Assembly (NCBI GenBank): GCA_034521595.1 | Contig: JAXHMG010000001.1 | Span: forward strand, 32,001-96,000 | Reading direction: 5' to 3' | DNA: 64,000 nt | Source: Gemmatimonadota bacterium | Lineage (GTDB): Bacteria; Gemmatimonadota; Gemmatimonadetes; Longimicrobiales; Gaopeijiaceae | Shown here: in pieces, positions 56,742 to 64,000 of the stretch | Layout: the number at the start of each line of letters is the position of its first letter | Position numbering within the stretch: the first letter of the stretch is position 1 | Translations under genes and position numbers: made by a program | Notes under the pieces: generated by a model | What the model was told of the DNA's origin: nothing | Database searches by the model: none | What the model saw: only the letters and a program-made list of their open reading frames with translations

Positions 56742-57106
56742 TAACAGCCCGTGGCAGAAGTCTGGTGGCCCGCGCACGAGGGTCTTGCGCGCCGCAGGCA
56801 AGGCGGCTTCTTGAAGGCGATGCCGTAGCATCGGCGAAAGGAGCCAACGCCGCATGCGGCCGCGGGCACCGACGCGCAGCGTTGGTCCCCTCGTGCCCTT
56901 CGGACCACCGCTGGCGCGGCGGTGCCCGGGGCGGCACGGCCCGACCCACGCCCTCCGGCGCGGGTGCCCGCGTCGTTGGAGCTCCCTTCGCCGTATGCTA
57001 CGGCTATGCCTGCGGGGCTCCGCCATAGGAGCACGGGCCGTGGCGCTCCCGGGGCACCCGGGCGCAGCACGGGTCCGGGCCACCAGACTTCTGCCACGGG
57101 CTGTTA
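56742..57106. mobile_element. Non-autonomous MITE-like element (~365 bp)
   Basis: Perfect 31-bp inverted repeats TAACAGCCCGTGGCAGAAGTCTGGTGGCCCG at 56742-56772 and 57076-57106; internal palindromy; no transposase. Confidence 0.8.
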
Positions 57107-57796
57107 ACGCGCCAGGAAGATCCAGTCCGTGGTTTCGGCGCTGATGAGGTGGTTGTAGAAGGGGATCGGCTCGGCGCGCACTTCGTCGAAGACCGCCTCC
57201 AGGCCCCGGCGGAACACCTCGCTGTCCGCGGACGACCAGACGGACAGGACGCCGCCCGGCGCCAGGTGGGCCTTGACCGCCTCCAGCCCCTCGGCCGTGT
57301 AGAACGGGGCGCTCGCACCGTCGAGGTAGTGGTCGGGCGCGTGATCGATGTCGACCAGGATCAGATCGAACCGGTCCTCGGGCGGGGCGGCCATGCGCTC
57401 GAAGAAGTCACCCACTTCCGCGGTGAACCGCGGCTCGGCGTTGAGCGTCTCGGAAAGGGGGAGGAGCCCGTCCCGAAGCCACCCTACCACCTCCGGCAGC
57501 ACCTCGATCACGGCGAGCTCGCTCACCCGCTCGGACGCCAGCGCGGCGTGCGCGGTGTAGCCGAGCCCCAGCCCCCCGACGAGCACCTTCAGCGCCGGGG
57601 CCTCGTGCAGGTCGAGCGCGAGGTCCGAGAGCGCCCGCTCGGAGACCGTGTAATAGCTGCTCATCAAGAACTCGTGGTTCAACGTCACCTCGGTGACGAC
57701 CGTGCCGGGCATGGAGAGCAGCTCGCGTTTCCGGAGGCACAGCGGCCCGAGGGGTGTGTGCTCGTAGGCGAGGATGTCCAGGTTGGATGAGGTCAT
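57104..57796 (-). CDS. Spermidine synthase-like SAM-dependent transferase
   Basis: FLMSS, VLVGGLGLGYTA, DLILVDIDHAP, LAPGGVLSVWS. Confidence 0.88.
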   Translation of the reverse strand: MTSSNLDILAYEHTPLGPLCLRKRELLSMPGTVVTEVTLNHEFLMSSYYTVSERALSDLALDLHEAPALKVLVGGLGLGYTAHAALASERVSELAVIEVLPEVVGWLRDGLLPLSETLNAEPRFTAEVGDFFERMAAPPEDRFDLILVDIDHAPDHYLDGASAPFYTAEGLEAVKAHLAPGGVLSVWSSADSEVFRRGLEAVFDEVRAEPIPFYNHLISAETTDWIFLAR

Positions 57797-57893
57797 GGTC
57801 GAAAGATATCATCTAGCCGGCCCTCCCTGACGCGGGCACCGGACTTCCGCATCACGGCGCCCAGCCCCCACGCGCCCTTGGTGAAACGGACGG

Positions 57894-58165
57894 AGCCAGC
57901 CAGGCCGGTCTCGTCACGAACTTCAACGACGGGCTGGCGTGGGGCCTGTTCCCGCTCCTGTTCGCGTCGCGGCGGACTGTCGCTGGGCCAGATCGGCGTT
58001 CTCACGTTCGTCTATCCGGCCGCGTGGGGCATTCTCCAGCTCGGGGCGATCGTGGCCAGCGTGCTGGCCGACGCGCTGGGGATCGCTCCGGCCATCGTGG
58101 CGGTGGGAGCGCTCGTGTTCCTCTCGACGGTCCTGGTCGTGGTCCGCATGCCGGAGACGCTTCCC
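57894..58165 (+). pseudogene. Internally deleted MFS transporter remnant
   Basis: ASQAGLVTNFNDGLAWGLFPLLFA, frameshift, GLSLGQIGVLTFVYPAAWGILQL joined directly to the terminal helices GAIVASVLADALG...VRMPET. Confidence 0.65.
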
Positions 58166-58274
58166 GCGCGTGCTCGCCCGCGTTCGGCAGGCGCAGCGCC
58201 GCTTGCTCCTCTCATCCGCACGGCTCATCGTGCGACACTCGGTTTCGCGGACCCTCCCGCCCCTGGAGACGACC

Positions 58275-61095
58275 ATGATGCCCCCCGCTCGCTTCCGTGC
58301 GCTCTCCACCGCCCTGGCCGTCGTCCTCATGACGCTGGCCGGGCCCGACCGCTCCGTCGCGCAGACCCCCGCGACCCTCGATGCGGACGACTACGGACAG
58401 TGGGAACGGCTCGGGTCCGGGGAGCTCTCACCCGACGGCCGTTGGCTCGCGGTCTCGATCTCGCGGGTGAACGACGAGGACGAGCTCCGCATCCACCGGA
58501 CCGACGAGGACTCCGTGGTGGTCGTTCCGTACGGCTCGGCTCCGACCTTCTCGGAGGACGGCCGGTGGCTCCTCTACACCATCGGGCGCTCGGAGGAGGA
58601 GCGCGACGAGGCCCGTGAGGCGGAGCGACCGGTCCGTGACGACGTGGGCATCCTCGACCTCCGGAACGGGACCGTCCGCGTCCGGGAAGGGGTCGCGTCG
58701 TTCGCCCTGTCGGCGGACGGGCGCTACGCCGCGCTCCAGCGCTACCGGGCGGAAGACCAGGAGCACGCCGGCGCGGACCTTCTGGTCGAGGAGCTCGGCA
58801 CGGGCGAGCGCATGGTGTTCGGAAACGTCTCGGACGTCGCGTGGGCCGACCGGGGACACCTGCTCGCCATGACCCTCGACGCGGCGGATCGGGTCGGCAA
58901 CGGGATCTCGCTCTACGACCCGGCTTCGGGCGCGCTCCGTCCCCTGGACCAGGCGGAGGCGACGTACCGGGAGATGAGCTGGCGCGAGGACGCGGCCGAC
59001 CTCGCGGTGCTCCGCACGGTCGAAGATTCCGCGTTCGCGGACACGGCGCACGTGGTGCTCGCCTGGCGGGGGCTCGACGGTGCGTCACCGTCACGCTTCG
59101 CGCTCGGGGACGACGGTGGGGTGCAACCGACCGAAGGCATGCGCGTCGTCCAATACCGGGCGCCCGAGTGGTCGGACGACGGGCGGGTGGTGTTCGTCGG
59201 CGTGCAGGAGCGCGTTCCGGCCCCCGAGCCGTGCGAGGAGCCCGGGCCCACCGAGGACGAGGGAGAGCGGGAGGGCGGCGGAGCCGACGCGAACGGCGCG
59301 CCCTGTGAGGACGACGAGGAACGGCCCGGCGTCGAGATCTGGCACACGCGGGATGTCGATCCCGTGCCGCGCCAGCGCGTGCGCGAGGAGCAGCTCCGAC
59401 AGCGGAACCACTCGAGCGCCTGGCACCTCGACCGAGGCGCGTTCGTCCAGCTCGGCGACGAGCTGACCGAGCGCACCGAGCTCGCCGAGGGCGGGCAGCC
59501 ACGCGATCGGCATGGACGAGACGCCGTACGACGAGCACGCGATGTTCCGGCAGCAGTTCTTCGACCTGTACGCGATCGACGTCGCGAACGGTGAGAAAAC
59601 CCTCGTCCGCGAGCGTGCCGAGAACGCGGAGGTGAGCCCCGGCGGCCGGCACGCGATCTGGTTCGAAGGCGAGCACTGGTGGGCGCACGACCTCGAGGCC
59701 GGCGAGACCCGCAACCTGACCGCGGACGTACCGACCCGGTTCGTGAACCTCGACGTCACCCCCACGCGCGAGCAGATGCCTTCATTCGGCGTGGCCGGAT
59801 GGCTCGAGGACGACGAGGCGGTGCTCCTCAACGACGAATGGGACGTCTGGGAAGTGCAGCTCGACGGCTCCGGCGGCCGGGCGCTCACGCACGGCGCGGA
59901 CGACGAAGTGCGCCACCGGGTGGTGCGGATCGACCCCGAGGCGGACGCGTTCGACGCCGACGCCCCGCTCTACTACCACGTCTACGGCGAATGGACCAAG
60001 GAGGCCGGGTTCGCGCGGGCACGCCGCGGCGACGAGCCCACTCGCCTCGTCTGGGACGACAAGCGGTTCGGGGGCTTCGGCGGGGGGCTCGTGAAGGCCG
60101 CTGACGCCGAGGTCTTCCTCTTTCGTGAGGAAGCCTTCGACGACTCGCCGGACTTCTTCGTGAGCGGCCCGGACCTCGCCGACGCCCGGCAGGTCACCCG
60201 GACGAACCCCTTCCAGGACGAGTACGCGTGGGGACGCACCGAGCTCGTCGACTACGAGAACGAGTGGGGCCGGCGGCTCCAGGGCGTGCTCACCTACCCC
60301 GCCGACTACGAGCCGGGCCGGCGGTACCCCATGATCGTCTACCACTACGAGCTGCTCTCACAGGGGATGCACCAGTACCAGGTGCCGGACCCCACGCGGT
60401 ACTACAACCAACAGATCTGGAGCCAGGAGGGGTACTTCGTGTTCCGGCCCGACATCGTCTACCGCGACCGGAGGCCGGGCCAATCGAACGTCGAGACGCT
60501 CCGTCCGGCCGTGGCCGCGGCCCTCGAGGCCGGACCCGTCGATCCCGAGCGGATCGGCCTCATCGGGCACTCCTGGGGTGGCTATCAGACCACCTTCTTC
60601 GTCACGCAGGACGACCTGTTCACGGCCGCCGTGGCGGGCGCACCGCTCACCAACCTCATGAGCATGTACCTGTCGTTCTACTGGAACAGCGGCGGCACCG
60701 ACGCGCGCATCTTCGAGATCAGCCAGGGACGCATGCAGGTGCCGTGGTGGGAGGACTGGGACAGCTACTTCGACAACTCGCCCGTCCACCACATTCGGGA
60801 CATGGACACCCCGCTGCTCATGATGTTCGGCACCGAGGACGGCGCCGTCGAGTTCAACCAGGGCGTCGAGTTCTACAACGCCGCGCGCCGCCTCGGCAAG
60901 GACATGGTGTTCCTCGCCTACGAGGGCGAGAACCACGGCCTCGCCGAGGAGCCCAACCAGCGCGACTACCAGAGCCGGATCCTCGAGTGGTTCGCGCACT
61001 ACCTCAAGGGTGAGCCGGCACCCGAGTGGATCGAGAGCGGGCTGGACTATCTCGAGCAAAAGGACCAGGTGCAGGGCACCGGGCCCGGAAGCTGA
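58275..61095 (+). CDS. S9 (prolyl oligopeptidase) family secreted peptidase, with a one-base frameshift near 59494
   Basis: Signal peptide, SPDGRW propeller repeats, GHSWGG nucleophile, DGAV Asp, GENHGL His; two track ORFs join at GAGGGCGGGCAGCC. Confidence 0.85.
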
Positions 61096-61134
61096 GAGCC
61101 GGGTCGGACGGGCGCGGTTCGGGCCCGATGGGCC

Positions 61135-61512
61135 TCACACGTGCACGATCTCGTTCTTCAGCGCGTAGGTGATCGCGAGCACGTCCTTCCGGGCGGACTC
61201 GTCCACCTCGTTCCGGACCAGCACGTCCATGATGTCGTCCACCGCCGCCATGTACTCGGCGACGCTGATGTTCATGCCGCGGTGCGTGTCGGGCATGCTC
61301 CGGCCGGTGTAGGCGTCCGGGCCACCGCTCCCCTCCGAGAGAAAGGTGCGGAGGTGGCCCTTGATCTCGCTCAGGCGGTCCGGATCGGCGGCGTACGGGC
61401 GGAATCGCGGACCGATGGTCGGGTTCTCCATGTGCGCCTCCACGATGTCGTCGACGATCGCGGCGATGCCGTCCTGGCCGCCCAGGCGTTGAAAGAGTGT
61501 CGGCGTCTCCAT
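61135..61512 (-). CDS. Group 1 truncated haemoglobin
   Basis: TLFQRLGGQDGI, GGPDAYTGRSMPDTHRGMNIS; AGGAGG-like Shine-Dalgarno (GAGGA) before ATG 61512. Confidence 0.9.
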   Translation of the reverse strand: METPTLFQRLGGQDGIAAIVDDIVEAHMENPTIGPRFRPYAADPDRLSEIKGHLRTFLSEGSGGPDAYTGRSMPDTHRGMNISVAEYMAAVDDIMDVLVRNEVDESARKDVLAITYALKNEIVHV

Positions 61513-61625
61513 GAGTGGATCCTCCTCTGTTGGGGAAACGAAGGCTCCGAGCGCGAGTGCGTCGGAGCCGTGCATCGGGCCGCGGCCGCACGGGCAGCGT
61601 CGTCCGTGTCGGCCCGCCCATGGAG

Positions 61626-61641
61626 TAGACCGGTCGGTCTA
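61626..61641. promoter_or_regulatory. NemR-type operator upstream of the globin
   Basis: TAGACC-GGTC-GGTCTA palindrome. Confidence 0.75.
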
Positions 61642-61687
61642 CCCAAACAGACAAAAAGATGCGAGACCGGATCGGCGAGGGCGCCCC

Positions 61688-62281
61688 TCATGACGTGACC
61701 CCCGCTCCGATCCGGCCGAAGTAGAAATCCAGCATCGCCTCGAGCGGGGCCGGGCTCCGGCGAAGTCGGCTCCGGAGCGCGGCCCCCTCCCAGCAGTCGA
61801 CGAGCAGGGCGGACATCTGCGCGCAGTCGGCATCGGCCGGCAGATCACCCGTGCGCCGCGCCTCCTCCAGGCAGCCGGCCAGGGTGTCCCCGATCTCGGT
61901 GAGACACGCGTCGATCTTCTCCCGGAAGACCGGGTTCACGCCGGAGAGCTCCTGGCCGAGGCCACCGAGCATGCAACCCAGGTAGCCGTCCTGGTGGTAC
62001 TGCCCGTGGGTCAGCTCGAAGAAGCCACGCACACGGTCGAGCGGAGGGCGGGAGTCGTCCTCGACGCACGCGTGGAGCGCTTCGTGTACCCGCTCCATGT
62101 AGAGGTCCACGACCTCGAGCGCGAAATCCTCCTTGCTCTCGAAGTGATGGTAGAACGACCCTCGCGGCACGCCCGCCTCGCGCAACAGGCCCTGGATACC
62201 CAGGGCGTTGTAGCCGTGCTCGAGGAGCAGGACGAGCCCGCTCTCGAGCAGCTTGAGCTTGGTGGGATGTCTCACGGGCAT
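61688..62281 (-). CDS. TetR-family regulator, NemR-like (alternative start 62341)
   Basis: GVPRGSFYHHFESKEDFALEV HTH; GCMLGGLGQE; WEGAALRSR. Confidence 0.88.
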   Translation of the reverse strand: MPVRHPTKLKLLESGLVLLLEHGYNALGIQGLLREAGVPRGSFYHHFESKEDFALEVVDLYMERVHEALHACVEDDSRPPLDRVRGFFELTHGQYHQDGYLGCMLGGLGQELSGVNPVFREKIDACLTEIGDTLAGCLEEARRTGDLPADADCAQMSALLVDCWEGAALRSRLRRSPAPLEAMLDFYFGRIGAGVTS

Positions 62282-62344
62282 CTCGGCTCGGCGTGACCCG
62301 GCGTCGGCGGGTGGGCACCGCTCGGTGCGTCGCCGCGCCATGTG

Positions 62345-62360
62345 TAGACCGACTGGTCTA
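62345..62360. promoter_or_regulatory. NemR-type operator upstream of the TetR gene
   Basis: TAGACC-GACT-GGTCTA palindrome. Confidence 0.8.
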
Positions 62361-62505
62361 TTCCACCACAGAATCGGATGGAGACGGTCTGCTGTCAAGA
62401 GACAGTCCACGGGCGCCTCGGGCTGGCGCGAGGAAGCGTCCCCCCGGATGTTGTCGGTTTCGGGTTTTCGAAGCCGATCTTCCAGATGCCCCGTACGAGG
62501 CTCCC

Positions 62506-64000
62506 ATGCAGCGGACGTTGCCACATCATCTCCTTCGCATCCTCCTCCTCGCGCTCGCCACCCTGGCCGCGCCGATCTCGCTCGAGCGCACGGCGGCCCA
62601 GGTCCCGTCGGCGGGCGAAGAGACGGTCCGCACCACCGGCGGCCTCGTCTCCTCGCAGCAGTGGATCGCGAGCCAGGTCGGAGCCGACGTCCTCTCGGCC
62701 GGCGGCAACGCGGTCGACGCGGCCATCGCCACGGGCTTCGCGCTCGCCGTGACACACCCGAGCGCGGGCAACATCGGGGGCGGGGGCTTCATGGTCGTCC
62801 GCTTCCCGAACGGCCGCGCCACGACCATCGACTTCCGCGAAGAGGCACCGCGCGCGTCGCACCCGGAGATGTGGCTCGACGACGACGGGGAGTACTCCTC
62901 GGAGCGGCACCACGACAGCCACCTCGCGGTCGGCGTGCCCGGGACCGTCGCCGGCTTCGACAAGGTGCACCGGCTCTACGGTCGGGCCGACTGGGCGGCG
63001 CTCGTCGAGCCGGCGGTGGAGCTCGCGCGGGAGGGCTTCGAACTGAGCGACGCCCTCGCCGAGTCGCTGGCGAGCTTCGTGCGCCGCACGCCGTACGAGG
63101 CGAGCGCGGCCGCGTTCTCGGACGGCGGCACCCCCTACGCGGCCGGGGATACGCTCCGGCAAGCGGACCTCGCGCGCACGCTCGGCCGGATCCGCGACGA
63201 GCGCCGGGACGGGTTCTACGGGGGCGAGACGGCCCGGCTGCTCGTGGCCGAGATGGAGCGCGGCGGCGGGATCATCACCGAGGAGGACCTCGACCGCTAC
63301 GCGGCGCGCGAGCGAGCGCCCATCCGCGGCACGTACCGCGGCCACGACGTGATCTCCATGCCGCCCCCGAGCTCCGGCGGGGTGGCGCTCGTGACCATGC
63401 TGAACATCCTCGAGGGCTACGACCTGGCCGGGATGGGTCACAACAGCGCGGCCTACATCCATCACCTCGCCGAGGCGATGCGGCGGGCGTACCGGGACCG
63501 GGCCCGGCATCTCGCCGACACCGACGTGGTCGACGTGCCCATCCACCGGCTCACGAGCAAGGCGCACGCAGCGGAGCTCCGGCGGGACATCCACCCCGAC
63601 CGCGCTTCGGTCTCGCACCCGGCCGACGTCGACACGGGCACCGAGAGCCGGCAGACCACGCACTACTCCGTGGTGGACGCGGACGGCATGGCCGTCTCGG
63701 TCACGTACACGCTCGAGCAGGGGTACGGATCGGAGATCGTGGTGCCCGGCGGGGGCTTCCTGCTCAACAACGAGATGGGCGACTTCAACGCCGCGCCGGG
63801 CATGACCACGGCAGGGGGCCTGATCGGCACCGAGCCCAACCTCGCCCGGCCCGGCCAACGCATGCTCTCGTCCATGAGCCCGACCATCGTCGCTCGGGAC
63901 GGCGAGCTCGTGGCGGTCATCGGCTCGCCCGGGGGTCGGACCATCATCAACACCGTCCTGCAGCTCGTCCTGAACACCGCGGACTTCGGGATGGACATCC
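62506..64000 (+). CDS. ggt: Gamma-glutamyltransferase, truncated by the window end
   Basis: Own translation: GGNAVDAAIA, AGNIGGGGF, IDFRE, MPPPSSGG, TTHYSVVD (catalytic Thr), LNNEMGDF, LSSMSP, GSPGG. Confidence 0.95.
   Translation, partial: MQRTLPHHLLRILLLALATLAAPISLERTAAQVPSAGEETVRTTGGLVSSQQWIASQVGADVLSAGGNAVDAAIATGFALAVTHPSAGNIGGGGFMVVRFPNGRATTIDFREEAPRASHPEMWLDDDGEYSSERHHDSHLAVGVPGTVAGFDKVHRLYGRADWAALVEPAVELAREGFELSDALAESLASFVRRTPYEASAAAFSDGGTPYAAGDTLRQADLARTLGRIRDERRDGFYGGETARLLVAEMERGGGIITEEDLDRYAARERAPIRGTYRGHDVISMPPPSSGGVALVTMLNILEGYDLAGMGHNSAAYIHHLAEAMRRAYRDRARHLADTDVVDVPIHRLTSKAHAAELRRDIHPDRASVSHPADVDTGTESRQTTHYSVVDADGMAVSVTYTLEQGYGSEIVVPGGGFLLNNEMGDFNAAPGMTTAGGLIGTEPNLARPGQRMLSSMSPTIVARDGELVAVIGSPGGRTIINTVLQLVLNTADFGMDI

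Overview
High-GC bacterial chromosomal window; gene content suggests Gemmatimonadota (inference only). It carries housekeeping and metabolic genes (waaA, leuS, tkt, thrC, thrB, ppc, uup, dcp, modABC, tcyP, ggt), a 17-gene minus-strand tRNA array (18620-22208) and a separate tRNA-Pro(GGG). No integrase, transposase, phage or CRISPR-Cas genes were recognised. The most interesting signals are non-coding or too short for the ORF track. (1) An apparently leaderless uORF with four consecutive Cys codons and a complete attenuator fold sits upstream of a cystine transporter. (2) A second uORF plus attenuator of the same architecture lies inside the tRNA array; many of its codons are read by the downstream tRNAs. 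(3) A family of tRNA-linked tandem repeats follows four different tRNAs. All break at the same T-loop position, some carry antisense copies of their own tRNA, and one array has nested insertions in the opposite orientation. (4) An ArsM-like methyltransferase has an in-frame UGA followed by a SECIS-like hairpin. (5) A ~365-bp MITE has perfect 31-bp terminal inverted repeats. (6) NemR-type operators link a TetR regulator to a truncated haemoglobin. Two single-base frameshifts and homopolymer-shortened repeat copies suggest residual long-read indel errors, so indel-dependent calls need read-level checking. All calls were made by eye without database searches.
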